Below are positions 28,058 to 38,433 of a stretch of DNA of 64,000 bases, one piece after another (the first letter of the stretch is position 1; each line of letters opens with the position of its first letter). The notes below the pieces were generated by a model. The model was given only the letters and a program-made list of their open reading frames with translations. It made no database searches and was not told the DNA's origin. Both the position numbers and the translations under genes were made by a program. The stretch lies in assembly GCA_036489755.1 (NCBI GenBank), contig DASXFD010000009.1:16304-80303 (forward strand). Direction: 5' to 3'. This stretch comes from Kofleriaceae bacterium. Lineage in GTDB: Bacteria > Myxococcota_A > Polyangia > Haliangiales > Haliangiaceae.

Positions 28058-28965
28058 TCCGCCGCGTCGCGATCCTGATCGTCGTCGCCGCGGCCACCGC
28101 GCACGCGCAGGGCAAGCCGGGGCCCGCGCCGCAACACGCGCCCGATCCGGTCAAGGTGCATCTCGATCAAGGCATCGCGCTCTACAACGACGGCAACTAC
28201 TCGGCGGCGCTCGCCGAGTTCGAAGCCGCGTACAACCTCGCGCCCGCGCCGTACATCCTCAACAACATCGGGCTCTCGCAAAAGGGCCTGTTCCGGTATC
28301 AAGACGCGATCGCGACGCTACAGAAGTTTCTCGCCGCGTCGCCGAGCCTGCCCACCGATCAGCGCAAGCAGACCGAGCGGATCATCGCCGAGATGCAGGC
28401 GCTGCTCTCGCCGGTGACGCTCGACGTCGCGCCGGCCGGCGCGCAGATCTCGCTCGACGGTCACCCGATCGGCAACGCGCCGCTCGCCGCGCCGATCCAG
28501 GTCGCCGCCGGCGGTCACACGATCGATGTCGCGCTCGACGGCTACGCGCCGGCGCATCGCGAGATCTTGGTCGCCGCGTCGACGCCGCTCGCCATGTCGG
28601 TCGCGTTGATCGCACATCCCAAGGTCGGCACCGTGCACGTCACGACGATCCCGCAGGGCGCGATCGCCGTCGACGGCAAGCCGATCGGGCTCGGCGACGT
28701 GCGCGCGCAGCTCGAAGCGGGCGGCCACACGCTCGATGTAACCGCGCCCGGCTTCGAGCACCACCGCGAAGAGCTCATGCTCGGCGCCGGCCAAGATCGG
28801 CTGATCGCGGTGCACCTCGACGCGACGCCGAGTTGGTATCACCACTGGTACGTGTGGGGACCCACCGCGGCAGTGCTCGCCGGAATCGCCACCACGATCA
28901 TCATCGTCGAGACCACGCACGAGAACCCGCTGCAAGGCACGCTCGGATTGGGCAAGGCCGAATGA
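28054..28965 (+). CDS. Secreted TPR + tandem PEGA domain protein with C-terminal TM helix
   Basis: GTGA overlap with the kinase stop. Signal peptide, a TPR unit (YNDGNYSAALAEFEAAY), two or three PEGA units (VAPAGAQISLDGHPIG; TIPQGAIAVDGKPIG) and a TM helix near the C-terminus. Confidence 0.8.
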   Translation: MIRRVAILIVVAAATAHAQGKPGPAPQHAPDPVKVHLDQGIALYNDGNYSAALAEFEAAYNLAPAPYILNNIGLSQKGLFRYQDAIATLQKFLAASPSLPTDQRKQTERIIAEMQALLSPVTLDVAPAGAQISLDGHPIGNAPLAAPIQVAAGGHTIDVALDGYAPAHREILVAASTPLAMSVALIAHPKVGTVHVTTIPQGAIAVDGKPIGLGDVRAQLEAGGHTLDVTAPGFEHHREELMLGAGQDRLIAVHLDATPSWYHHWYVWGPTAAVLAGIATTIIIVETTHENPLQGTLGLGKAE

Positions 28966-31022
28966 AGGCGCTCGCGCTTGCCGCGGCGCTCGTCGCCGGA
29001 TGCCAGGCCCGCACCGAGATCGTGCTCGGCTTCGCGACCGACTTCAAAGCGCCGGTGCCGCTCGATGAGGTGAAGCTCGACGTGATCCGTCAGGACGGGT
29101 TTCCCGAAGGCGGCGACGGCCTGACGTGGTCGATCTCCGGCGCGCCCGGTGCGCCGTACAACTTGCCCGCGTCGTACGGCATCTACTCGGACGATAGCGA
29201 CGTGCAGCTCGACGTCACGCTGTCGGGTCTCAGCGGCGGCAGCGCGATCGTCAGCCAGACGGTGACGCTCAGCCTCGTGTCGAGCCAGACGCTGTTCTAT
29301 CGGATGGGGCTCACCGGCGAGTGCTCGAACGTCGACTGCGGCGCGATGACGTGCATCGAAGGCAACTGCGTGGATCCGGCGGTGCTCGTGCATCAGCTGC
29401 CGCTCTACACGCCCGAGCTCGTCGACGAGCTCACGTGCATTCCGCCGCACGTGACGTACGTGCAAACGCAAGACGGCTCGCCGATGCCGTTCTCGGCGAA
29501 CGCCGCGTCGTGCCCGCCCGATCTCTGCGTTCAAGGGTTGTGCTTGAACCCGCCGGGCAAGAGCGGTGGCGGCGGCGGCTCGAACGCCGACACCTACTTG
29601 AAACCCGGCTACGTCTCCGCCGGCGCGTACTACGGCGAGCTCGACGAGCTCGCGATGTCGGCCGACGGCAACACGCTCGTGATCGGTGGCGCGGACGACG
29701 GCCTCGGCGGCGTGGGCGTCGATCCGGACGAGACCGGGTCGCCACAGGCCATGTACTCGGGCGGTGCGTACGTCTTCGAGCGCTCCGGCACGACGTGGAC
29801 GCAATCGGCGTATTTGAAGTCGTCGAACGATGAGGCGAACGATTTCTTCGGTCAGTCGGTCGCGATCTCCGCCGACGGCACCACGATCGCGATCGGCGCG
29901 ATCGGCGAAGCGAGCGATGCGACCGGCATCGCAGGCGACCAAACCGACAACTCGGTTCCCGGTGCAGGCGCGGTCTACGTCTTCACGCGCGACGGCAGCT
30001 CGTGGACGCAGAGCGCGTATCTCAAACCGGCCGTCGACGTCGCGAACGGGTTGTTCGGCATCGCGGTCGCGCTGTCGAGCGACGGCACGACGCTCGCGGT
30101 CGGCGAGAAGAGCGACAACAGCGAGGGGACCGGCATCGACAGCGGGCCGAACAGCGCGGGCGCCGGCAATGGCTCGGTCTACGTGTTCGAGTCCACCACG
30201 GGCATGTGGTCACAGCAGGCGTACATCAAGCCGACCGTCACGCACGACGACGACGACTTCGGCGCCTCGGTCGCGCTGTCGAGCGACGGCAACACGCTCG
30301 CGATCGGTGCGATCTACGAGAGCAGCACGGCCACCGGCGTCAACGGCGATCCGAGCGCGACCGGTGCGCAGAATTCCGGCGCGGCGTACATCTTCACGCG
30401 CTCGGGCACGACGTGGATGCAGAACACGTACATCAAGGCGTCGAACACCGAAGCCCAGGCGTTGTTCGGCGGCGCGGTCGCGCTGTCCGCGGCAGGCGAC
30501 GAGCTCGCGGTCGGTGCGCCGCGCGAGACGAGCTCGGCGACCGGCATCGACGGCAATCAGAACGATATGTCCGAGACGCGAGCCGGCGCCGCGTACATCT
30601 TCAAGCTGTCAGGCACGTGGTCGCAACAGGCGTACGTCAAGGCGTCGAATACCGCGGCGATGGCCGGGTTCGGCATCGCGCTCGCGTTCTCCGGCGACGG
30701 CAACACGCTGATCGTCGGCGCGTACTCCGAGGACAGCGACGCCACCGGGCTCGACGGCGATCAGACCGACACGAGCGCGACGGCGAGCGGCGCGGCGTAC
30801 ATGTTCACGCAATCGGCCGGCACGTGGTCGCAGTCGCACTACATCAAGTCATCGAACACGAGCACCGAGGCCTACTTCGGATACTCGATCGCGATCGGCA
30901 GCGACGGCTCGACGTACGCGATCGGCGCGCCGGGCGACTCGAGCGACGCGACCGGCGTCGATGGCAACGGGAGCGACACGTCGGCGGCCGACGACGGCGC
31001 CGCCTACGTGTTCCCGCCGTAG
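28962..31022 (+). CDS. FG-GAP/integrin-alpha-like beta-propeller lipoprotein
   Basis: ATGA overlap with the upstream stop. Lipobox LVAGC, then a Cys-rich N-domain. About seven repeats of 60-70 aa: FG.SVA.S.DG.T.A.GA...S...G...D.....GA.Y.F...G..W.Q..Y.K. Confidence 0.85.
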   Translation: MKALALAAALVAGCQARTEIVLGFATDFKAPVPLDEVKLDVIRQDGFPEGGDGLTWSISGAPGAPYNLPASYGIYSDDSDVQLDVTLSGLSGGSAIVSQTVTLSLVSSQTLFYRMGLTGECSNVDCGAMTCIEGNCVDPAVLVHQLPLYTPELVDELTCIPPHVTYVQTQDGSPMPFSANAASCPPDLCVQGLCLNPPGKSGGGGGSNADTYLKPGYVSAGAYYGELDELAMSADGNTLVIGGADDGLGGVGVDPDETGSPQAMYSGGAYVFERSGTTWTQSAYLKSSNDEANDFFGQSVAISADGTTIAIGAIGEASDATGIAGDQTDNSVPGAGAVYVFTRDGSSWTQSAYLKPAVDVANGLFGIAVALSSDGTTLAVGEKSDNSEGTGIDSGPNSAGAGNGSVYVFESTTGMWSQQAYIKPTVTHDDDDFGASVALSSDGNTLAIGAIYESSTATGVNGDPSATGAQNSGAAYIFTRSGTTWMQNTYIKASNTEAQALFGGAVALSAAGDELAVGAPRETSSATGIDGNQNDMSETRAGAAYIFKLSGTWSQQAYVKASNTAAMAGFGIALAFSGDGNTLIVGAYSEDSDATGLDGDQTDTSATASGAAYMFTQSAGTWSQSHYIKSSNTSTEAYFGYSIAIGSDGSTYAIGAPGDSSDATGVDGNGSDTSAADDGAAYVFPP

Positions 31023-31024
31023 CG

Positions 31025-32089
31025 TTAGTTGGCCGGCGGAAACTGACCGCCGCACACGGACGCGCTGTACGCGATCGGCGCGCCGGTGCTGCCGTCGTAC
31101 GCGCCGACCCACAGCCAGTACTTCGTGTTCGGCTGGACGGCGAACGTCGCGAACTCGTCCTCTTGCGTCGCGCTGAGGGTCGCCGCTTCGTTCGCCGCGC
31201 TCAGCGAGCTCTCGGGCACCACGATGTAGTCGAGGTCGGCCGTCGTCCCCGGCCAGTTGAGCCGGACCGACAGCTCGTTCATCGCCGCGCCGGTCGTGAT
31301 CTCGTACGTGTCGCGGTCGAGGTACTTGTCGCTGCCGGCCGCGACCGACGCGCTCGAGCCCGCGATGTGCGAGCTCTTCCCGGGATCGATCGTGAGCGCC
31401 GTCGCTTCCGCCGTGCCGGCGATCGACGTGAACGACGGGCTCTTGGAGAAGTCGACGCCGATCACGTCGTTGCCCTTGTTGGCGGCGCCGTCGTTTGCTT
31501 CGGTGTAATCGGCCGCCGACCCCGTGAGGTCCGGGCAGCGCGTCGTCGGCTGGTCGGCGTAGAGCACGACCTTGTAAGGAATCGCTGCGCTGGTGGCGGC
31601 CGCCGCAGTGGCGGTGACGACCACGGTGTAGTTGCCGGCCGCAAGCTCCGAGAGGAACGCGCCGTGATCGCCGAGCTGGCCGGTGTAATCGCCGGCGTTG
31701 AGGAGCGTCGGCGGCGTGCCGGTATCGAAGATCGAGACCTGGAAGTCGGTCAGGCTCGCGGGGGTGTCGTTCTGGAAGTCGACGAGCAGCTCGGCGGGCG
31801 AGCCGGTCACGGCGATAGTGTAGCTATCGACGTCGACGACGGTCGAACCCGACCCGTAGTGACCGGTGTCGACGTTGCCGCACAACACTGTTCGTGTCGC
31901 GAGCGTTTGCCCGGTCGCTTCCGCGGTGGTGCTGTTACCGGCGTCGGACATCTCGGTGTAGTCGCAGTTCAACGCGCTGTTCGACCCGCCCGAGCCGGCG
32001 TCTCCGTTGTCGTCGTCACCGTTGTTGTTGTGGCTACACGCGGCGAGCGCGAGGGAGCAAACGAGCACGAGCCGGGTGACGATCTGCAT
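31025..32089 (-). CDS. Lipoprotein, pre-peptidase C-terminal (PPC)-like beta-sandwich repeats, function unknown
   Basis: Lipobox LALAAC. Two similar halves each containing D.D.Y.(I/F)...G motifs (DVDSYTIAVTG; DRDTYEITTG). Confidence 0.6.
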   Translation of the reverse strand: MQIVTRLVLVCSLALAACSHNNNGDDDNGDAGSGGSNSALNCDYTEMSDAGNSTTAEATGQTLATRTVLCGNVDTGHYGSGSTVVDVDSYTIAVTGSPAELLVDFQNDTPASLTDFQVSIFDTGTPPTLLNAGDYTGQLGDHGAFLSELAAGNYTVVVTATAAAATSAAIPYKVVLYADQPTTRCPDLTGSAADYTEANDGAANKGNDVIGVDFSKSPSFTSIAGTAEATALTIDPGKSSHIAGSSASVAAGSDKYLDRDTYEITTGAAMNELSVRLNWPGTTADLDYIVVPESSLSAANEAATLSATQEDEFATFAVQPNTKYWLWVGAYDGSTGAPIAYSASVCGGQFPPAN

Positions 32090-32270
32090 CGACCGTCGGA
32101 GTTAGACCGGGACCCAGCCGCGCGCAAGGGCGAAGTGACAAACCGTTCCTGGCTGGCGAGGCGTGCACGCAGCGTTTCGTTGTTTGCCACCTTGGAGAGC
32201 GTCAACGGTTAAGGCTTGCGATGACGAAACCGACTGTGCTCTACGATCATCGTCGTCACCGGTGGAGCCC

Positions 32271-33944
32271 ATGAAAGTTGCCTCGATCACATTCGAACAC
32301 CTGCTGTTTGCTTCCGCTGTCGCGCTGACGGGTTGCGCGTCATCGCCCGGCTCGAACGACGAGCTCGGCGCCACACTGGCGAACGCGCCCGCGGCCACGC
32401 CCGCGGCGAAGACGTTCGCGTCGCTCACGAACGCGCCGTCGTTCACGCCGAGCCTCGTACAGGTGCTCACCGACGGACGCGTGATCGCGCAGGACTATCT
32501 CACCAACAACTGGTGGGCGCTGACGCCGGATAATACCGGCAGCTACATCGACGGCACGTGGAGCGCGCTCGCGAGCGGTCCCTCGGGATACGAGCCGTTG
32601 TTCTACGCGTCGGCCGTTCTGCCGGACGGCCGCTTCTTCACCGGCGGCGGCGAATACAACGCGGCCGATACCAGCGCGCCGAACGACGGCAACGACTGGG
32701 GCAAGCTCGCGGCGATCTACGATCCCGTCGCGAACAAGTGGACCTCGGTCACGATGCCCGCTGCCTGGACGATGATGGGCGATGCGCAGAGCGTGGTGTT
32801 TCCCGACGGCCGCTACATGGTCGCGGACTGCTGCGAGGACCACGCCGCGATCTTGAACCCGGCGAACCTCACGTGGGACTCCGACTCGACCATCGGCGCC
32901 AACAAGGGCGACTCGAACTACGACGAAGAAGGTTGGACGCTGCTGCCCAATGGCAAGGTGCTCAGCGTCGATGCGATCGACGTGACGGCGAACGTGCAGG
33001 AGTCGGAGATGCTCGATCCGGCGACAATCGCCTGGACAAACGCAGGCACGGTCGGCGTGCAGCTCGCCGACAACGACGCGGCTCGAAACCCCGACGGTGA
33101 CTTCGCATCCGAGGAGCTCGGTCCGCAGGTGTTGCGTCCCGACGGCACGGTCATCTCGTTCGGTGCGCTCGGTCCGAATGCCGTCTACAACACGAACACG
33201 CAAGCGTGGTCGACCGCGCCGTCGTTCCCGAACGGGCTCGATTGTGCCGATGCCGCCGCGTCACTCCTGCCCAACGGCAACGTGCTCGTCGTGACGACGG
33301 CCGGTGTGTACGGGATGTCGGACTCGGTGTTCTTCGAGTGGGATGGCACGAAGCTGAACCAGCTGGCCGGCCCTTCGGACGCCGCGAACAACGGATCGTA
33401 TCAGTACACGATGGTCGTCTTACCGACGGGCGAGGTACTCGTGTCGACGCAGACCAGCTTGCAGGTCTACGAGCCCACGGCGCCGACCAATACGTCGGCC
33501 TACGAGCCGGTCATCACGTCGGTGCCGGTGCTCGAGGACACCTCGGGCTTCAGCGGTGCCGAGCTCGCGCAGATCCGGGCGAACGAGGCCGCGCCGCTGC
33601 CCGTCGGGGTCGAGGGTCAGCTCGATCTGCTGCCGCTCATGGACATCTACACCGGCCGCACGTACAGCGTGAGCGGCACACGCCTCAACGGCATCTCGCA
33701 AGGCGCAGCATACGGTGATGACGCGCAGACCGCGACGAACTTCCCGCTCGTGCGCTTCACGAACCAGACGACCAACCACGTGCAGTACGGCCGCACGCAC
33801 GATGGCTCGAACTACGCGATCGCGCTCACGACGACGGGCAGCACGCACCTCGACGTCCCGACCACGATCGAGAAGGGCCTCTCGAACATGCAGGTCGTCG
33901 CGAACGGCATCGCGTCGCCGGCGATCCTGGTCAACGTCAAGTAA
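32271..33944 (+). CDS. Kelch/galactose-oxidase-like beta-propeller lipoprotein with C-terminal Ig-like (E-set) domain
   Basis: ATG at 32271. Lipobox VALTGC. Repeated (L/V)PDGR / LPNGKV / LPNGNV / LPTGEV blades. The C-terminus resembles the galactose-oxidase E-set domain. Confidence 0.65.
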   Translation: MKVASITFEHLLFASAVALTGCASSPGSNDELGATLANAPAATPAAKTFASLTNAPSFTPSLVQVLTDGRVIAQDYLTNNWWALTPDNTGSYIDGTWSALASGPSGYEPLFYASAVLPDGRFFTGGGEYNAADTSAPNDGNDWGKLAAIYDPVANKWTSVTMPAAWTMMGDAQSVVFPDGRYMVADCCEDHAAILNPANLTWDSDSTIGANKGDSNYDEEGWTLLPNGKVLSVDAIDVTANVQESEMLDPATIAWTNAGTVGVQLADNDAARNPDGDFASEELGPQVLRPDGTVISFGALGPNAVYNTNTQAWSTAPSFPNGLDCADAAASLLPNGNVLVVTTAGVYGMSDSVFFEWDGTKLNQLAGPSDAANNGSYQYTMVVLPTGEVLVSTQTSLQVYEPTAPTNTSAYEPVITSVPVLEDTSGFSGAELAQIRANEAAPLPVGVEGQLDLLPLMDIYTGRTYSVSGTRLNGISQGAAYGDDAQTATNFPLVRFTNQTTNHVQYGRTHDGSNYAIALTTTGSTHLDVPTTIEKGLSNMQVVANGIASPAILVNVK

Positions 33945-33952
33945 GGAGCGCG

Positions 33953-36373
33953 TTGCGCGGTCTGGCCACGATCGCAGCTCTGGTCGCGAGCGCGTGCGGC
34001 TCGTCGAGCTTGGTCGGTCCGGACGGCGGCGTCGATGGTCCGCCGCTGGGTGTCGACGCGAGCGACGCGAGCACGCCCGAGCCCATCGTCACGATCACGA
34101 CGACCGTGAACAGTACGCGCTTCGTCACGCGCGAGCACATGCTCGCGGCGGGCGAGATGCAGATCTCCGGCGAGCCGTACGCCGAAACGATGGGACGCGA
34201 TCTCGGCGGCTACAGCCGCGATCAGATCCCGACCGATCTCTATTACGACCCGAACGGCACGGTCTGGATCGACGTGCCGGGCTTCTCCTCGGGTGTGGAA
34301 TCCTACGAGTACTCGAAGCAGCCGATGAACAACCTCGCGTTCGAGTCGGGCGCGGGCACGTCGCTCTCGTATGCGCCGCTCGTCGACTTCGACGGTGCGG
34401 TCGGCTCCGCGGCGACGGCGCACATGGCCGACCTCGTCCAACAGTTCGCCGCCGAGAGCGATGCGACCGGCGACTTCGTGTTCGCTGCGGGGACGTTTCC
34501 CGCCGGCAACCCGTTCGGCGATCGCAACCCGAAGGGCATCGGCAGCGCGGCAGAGAACCCGCTCGGTTGGCCGGGGATCTGGCCCACCGCACACGTCTTC
34601 GACAGCTTCGATCCGACGATCGCGCCGACGAGCAACGTCGACCTCATCTGCTCGATCACGTCGGACGATTCGCCGAGCGAGAGCGGCGCCGAGCTCGACA
34701 ACGCGGACTACGAGTGCGACGCGACGACGCTGCACCTCGTCGATCGCGCGACCCAGATCGATCCGACGATCACGCCCGGCGCCGACGGTTTCTCCGGCTG
34801 GAAGTACGGCTTGTGGACGCTGAACTACCTGCAGGTCATGCACGACTCGACCGAGGCCGCAGTGGCCAGCGTCGCGCCGTCCGATCGCGCGAGCGTCGGC
34901 TCGCCCGGCAACACGATCATCGGTCAAGACGACTCTGGCACACCTACCGCGCCGGGCACGTTTATCGGCTCGAGCAAGATCGAAGGCTTTCAGGCCGCGA
35001 TGTTCATCGAGATGATGGACAACCGCGCCGAAGACTGGCTGATGCACTTGTCGACGGCCGACGGCGCCACGCTCGGCGGCTTCGCGAGCCTCTCGGATGC
35101 ACTCGGCTACGCATACGACTCGCCGCTTCGCTGGTTTCCCGGCAAGGTCGCCGTGACCGAGACCGACGACGGCGGCGGGTTCCCGCGCCCGTCGTACTCG
35201 CTCGCATCCGCGGACAGCGACGCGCTCGATCTCATCGGCTTGGCGCTCGCGTACAGCGAGTTCTTCGCGCTCACCGACACCAACAACCACGACGTCGGCG
35301 GCGCGCAAACCGCCGAGGTTTACTTCGACGGCGACCCGTTCCCGGCCGACGACCAGCTCGCCGACGGCGAACCGACCCTTCACGATCGCGCGCTCGCGAT
35401 GATCCGCGTGGCGATCGTGAACCTCGATCGCCTTCACACCGATCCGGCGAGCGGCATCCTCGTCGACGACGTCACGATGACCGGCACGACGCCGGCGCGC
35501 GGCCACACGATCTCGACGACGACCGTCGCGTACGCGATGCTCGGCCTCCGCACCGCCGCGAGGTCGCTGAGCTCGCAGCTCGAGCTGTACTCGAACAACA
35601 CGCCCGATGCAGCGGTGATGGCGACGCCGCTCGACGTGCTTCCGATCGACGATCCGAGCAGCGCGTCGCTCACGTTCTCCGGCCGGATCGAACAGATGAT
35701 CCGCGCACACGCCGCGCTGCTCTACGATCATCTCACCGACGCGACCGGCCGCGCGTACGACGGTTGGGACGTCGCCGCGAACGCGCCCACCGATACGGCC
35801 GACACGCTCGATGCGCACACCGCGGCGATCCGCGGGTTATTCGCGGCGTTCCTCGCGACCGGTGACTCGCGCTATCGCGATCGCGCGATGGCGGTGTTCG
35901 ACCGCATGCAGGCCGTATTCTACGATCCCGTCGCGCGCATCTACTCCGCAACCCCCGCGCCGGTCGACGACGTCGAGTTCACGCCGCTGCGCTTCGCGCT
36001 GCTACAGAGCTCACTGCGCGACGTGTACGAGATCGTCGCGACGCGCGCCGGAGGCGAAGATCTCGAGCTGCCGATGGAGGCGCTGATCGGACGCTTGAAC
36101 AAGCTCGTCCTCGATGGCTGGGACGATCGCAACAGGAACGACCGCGTCGACTGGACCGATGAGTGCACGGCTGTCGCGGGTGGGATTCCGCTCGGTGGCC
36201 TCCAGATGGGAGAACGCACGCTCACGGGCGAGATCGGCAGCCTCGATGAGCGAATCACGCCCGAGCGCACTCCGACGTTCGACCGCAACCAAAACTGCAT
36301 TCCCGAGATCGACAACGCGCACCTTCCGGCCGCGCTCGCCGACTCGGTGACATTCCACATCGCGCGGCAATGA
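33953..36373 (+). CDS. Large lipoprotein of unknown function; C-terminal half resembles a six-hairpin (alpha/alpha)6 fold
   Basis: 806 aa. Lipobox LVASAC. Repeated helical pattern such as D.HTAAIRGLFAAFLATGDSRYRDRAMAVFDRM. No catalytic motif recognised. Confidence 0.6.
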   Translation: MRGLATIAALVASACGSSSLVGPDGGVDGPPLGVDASDASTPEPIVTITTTVNSTRFVTREHMLAAGEMQISGEPYAETMGRDLGGYSRDQIPTDLYYDPNGTVWIDVPGFSSGVESYEYSKQPMNNLAFESGAGTSLSYAPLVDFDGAVGSAATAHMADLVQQFAAESDATGDFVFAAGTFPAGNPFGDRNPKGIGSAAENPLGWPGIWPTAHVFDSFDPTIAPTSNVDLICSITSDDSPSESGAELDNADYECDATTLHLVDRATQIDPTITPGADGFSGWKYGLWTLNYLQVMHDSTEAAVASVAPSDRASVGSPGNTIIGQDDSGTPTAPGTFIGSSKIEGFQAAMFIEMMDNRAEDWLMHLSTADGATLGGFASLSDALGYAYDSPLRWFPGKVAVTETDDGGGFPRPSYSLASADSDALDLIGLALAYSEFFALTDTNNHDVGGAQTAEVYFDGDPFPADDQLADGEPTLHDRALAMIRVAIVNLDRLHTDPASGILVDDVTMTGTTPARGHTISTTTVAYAMLGLRTAARSLSSQLELYSNNTPDAAVMATPLDVLPIDDPSSASLTFSGRIEQMIRAHAALLYDHLTDATGRAYDGWDVAANAPTDTADTLDAHTAAIRGLFAAFLATGDSRYRDRAMAVFDRMQAVFYDPVARIYSATPAPVDDVEFTPLRFALLQSSLRDVYEIVATRAGGEDLELPMEALIGRLNKLVLDGWDDRNRNDRVDWTDECTAVAGGIPLGGLQMGERTLTGEIGSLDERITPERTPTFDRNQNCIPEIDNAHLPAALADSVTFHIARQ

Positions 36374-36891
36374 TGCGTTGGCTCGTCCTCGCCCTCGCTG
36401 CTTGCGGAGACAACGCCGCCTCGCCGATCGACGCGGCCTCCGTCGACGCCGCGCTCGTTGACTCGACGCATGCTGTGCTGTGCGACGCCGTGTTCGGCGG
36501 CAACTTCAGCCTGTCAGAACAGCTGCCGGCGGACTGCGCGATGCTGTCGAACGGCTCCGGTGGGACGACGCTCTCCATCGACGTCGCGGCGCCACCGATC
36601 GGCAGCGACGTCGCGATCCAAATCGTCCTCGGACAGCCTTCGCCCGGCGCCTATAGCTCCGAGACGGTCACGCAGTGGACCGCGACGTCGACGCAGGTGA
36701 TGTCCGGCGCGTCGCGCTGTTATTACGTCGCCGGCGCCGACTCGACGCCGCCGGGCACGTTCGCGATGACGCTGTCTGCGGTCGGCTCCGCCACGGCGCA
36801 CGGCCGGCTTTCGCTCGAGCTCGCGGTCCTGGCCGAGGCGGGCACCAACTGCGGCTCCGACAATCTCGAGAGCTTGCAACTCGAATTTTAG
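36370..36891 (+). CDS. Small lipoprotein of unknown function
   Basis: ATGA overlap with the upstream stop. Lipobox LALAAC. 173 aa. Confidence 0.6.
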   Translation: MMRWLVLALAACGDNAASPIDAASVDAALVDSTHAVLCDAVFGGNFSLSEQLPADCAMLSNGSGGTTLSIDVAAPPIGSDVAIQIVLGQPSPGAYSSETVTQWTATSTQVMSGASRCYYVAGADSTPPGTFAMTLSAVGSATAHGRLSLELAVLAEAGTNCGSDNLESLQLEF

Positions 36892-36948
36892 CGCATCGTC
36901 CGTATGATGAGGACGCAACCGACTCTCCGGCGGGTCGATAGGGGGCAC

Positions 36949-38433
36949 ATGAAGCTCAAGCTACTGGCGATCTGCGCACTCTCGTTTACGTGCACGAAGC
37001 GCGTCAACGATTGTGACTCCAACGCCGATTGTACGAATCCTGCGTATCCGTTCTGCGACGTGAACGGAACCTACGAGCCCTCGGGCGGCATGAAGAACGT
37101 GTGCACGATCATTCCGCCCGATTGTCCGGTGGACGTGTGCGGCTGTCAGCCCGGCGCGACGACCTGTGGCAGCGATCAGATCGTCACGTGCAACGCCGAT
37201 GGGATGTCGACGACGACGACGAGCTGCGGGCTGGGCTGTGGGAGCGACGGGCTCTCGTGCGCGACGTTCACGCCGTCGAACGGGCTCGGCCCGATCCTCG
37301 CCGAGGCGGGAAGTGCCGGCGATTTCGTCGTTCCCGCAGGAGCTACGATCGACACGAGCGCATGCGAGATCGAGATGGCGAATACGGCGCTGCTCCATGG
37401 ATCGCTCGTCGCGTCGCCACAGGCGTCGGGAAAGATCTGCGCGTTCGCCGCGAATAACTTCACGATCGGGAACGTCAGCGCCGCGGGCACATATCCGGTT
37501 GCCTTCGTCGCAGCCAACGACATCACGATCTCGGGCATCTTGGATGCCGGCGCCAAAGCCTCCACGCCGGGGCCTGGAGCCCAGCCGATCGGGAGTCCGT
37601 GCGACGGCGGCGGTGTCGTGATGTTCAGATGTTTCGACGGAGCCCCGCCACAACCGGGGCGCTGTAGTGAAGGTGGTGGCGGCGGTGGCAATGCCACTGC
37701 GGGCGGCTCGGGTGGCTCGGACGGCTATCTTTCGACGGAGGCATCCGGCTCGGGAAGCGGCTATGCCGGCGCGATGGCAGCCGCCGCGTTCTCACCGCTG
37801 GTGGGTGGATGTTCTGGTGGCAGCGGAAGTGACACGCTTACGAACAATACCGGCTCCGACGTCCTTGGCTTTATCTCGGAGCAAGGCGGCGCTGGCGGCG
37901 GAGCTGTCCAACTGGTTGCCGGTAGCAGCATCGAGCTCGTCGGAATCGTCAACGTCGGCGGCGGTGGCGGTCTCGGCAGCGCATCGGCGCTCGGGTACGA
38001 CGGGATGACCATTTACTCCGACCCGCAAGGGACGGGCGGCGGTGCAGGCGGAACGCTCGTGATCGAAACACCCGTCTTGACGATCTCACCGGGTGGCGGA
38101 TTCGCGGCGAACGGCGGCGGCGGCGGTGGCTGCGGAATGGCCGGCGCCGACGGCGCTGCTGACTCGGCCCCTGCATCCGGCGGAACGAGTGGCAGCGCCA
38201 CCTGTGTCGGCGTCGGATATTCATTCCCTGGAGGCACTGGCGGTACGGCGACGCTCTTTCCGACGTTGGACGACTTCGACCAGCGGGCGGCACCAACTCC
38301 AGATTCAGACGCGTTCGGCGGCGGTGGAGGCTCGGTGGGTCGTGTACGCATCGCGACGCGCAGCGGGACGGTCCCGACCTCACCATCAGTTCAAAGCGCC
38401 GTGATCACGGCCGAGGCTCTCGTTACGAACTAG
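36949..38433 (+). CDS. Cys-rich N-domain / Gly-rich beta-helix-like lipoprotein
   Basis: ATG at 36949 (MKLKLLAICALSFTC). Cys-rich first 100 aa, then repeated GGGGG-x-(hydrophobic strand) units. A truncated paralog lies at 51226-51746. Confidence 0.65.
   Translation: MKLKLLAICALSFTCTKRVNDCDSNADCTNPAYPFCDVNGTYEPSGGMKNVCTIIPPDCPVDVCGCQPGATTCGSDQIVTCNADGMSTTTTSCGLGCGSDGLSCATFTPSNGLGPILAEAGSAGDFVVPAGATIDTSACEIEMANTALLHGSLVASPQASGKICAFAANNFTIGNVSAAGTYPVAFVAANDITISGILDAGAKASTPGPGAQPIGSPCDGGGVVMFRCFDGAPPQPGRCSEGGGGGGNATAGGSGGSDGYLSTEASGSGSGYAGAMAAAAFSPLVGGCSGGSGSDTLTNNTGSDVLGFISEQGGAGGGAVQLVAGSSIELVGIVNVGGGGGLGSASALGYDGMTIYSDPQGTGGGAGGTLVIETPVLTISPGGGFAANGGGGGGCGMAGADGAADSAPASGGTSGSATCVGVGYSFPGGTGGTATLFPTLDDFDQRAAPTPDSDAFGGGGGSVGRVRIATRSGTVPTSPSVQSAVITAEALVTN

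Noticed and set aside
30002-35865. ORFs 30002..32212 (+), 33715..35865 (+) and 33812..35818 (-), 668-736 aa
   Set aside because: These are shadow frames of the FG-GAP, PPC-like and 806-aa lipoprotein genes. They are Arg/Asp/Gly-rich, with no signal peptides or motifs.
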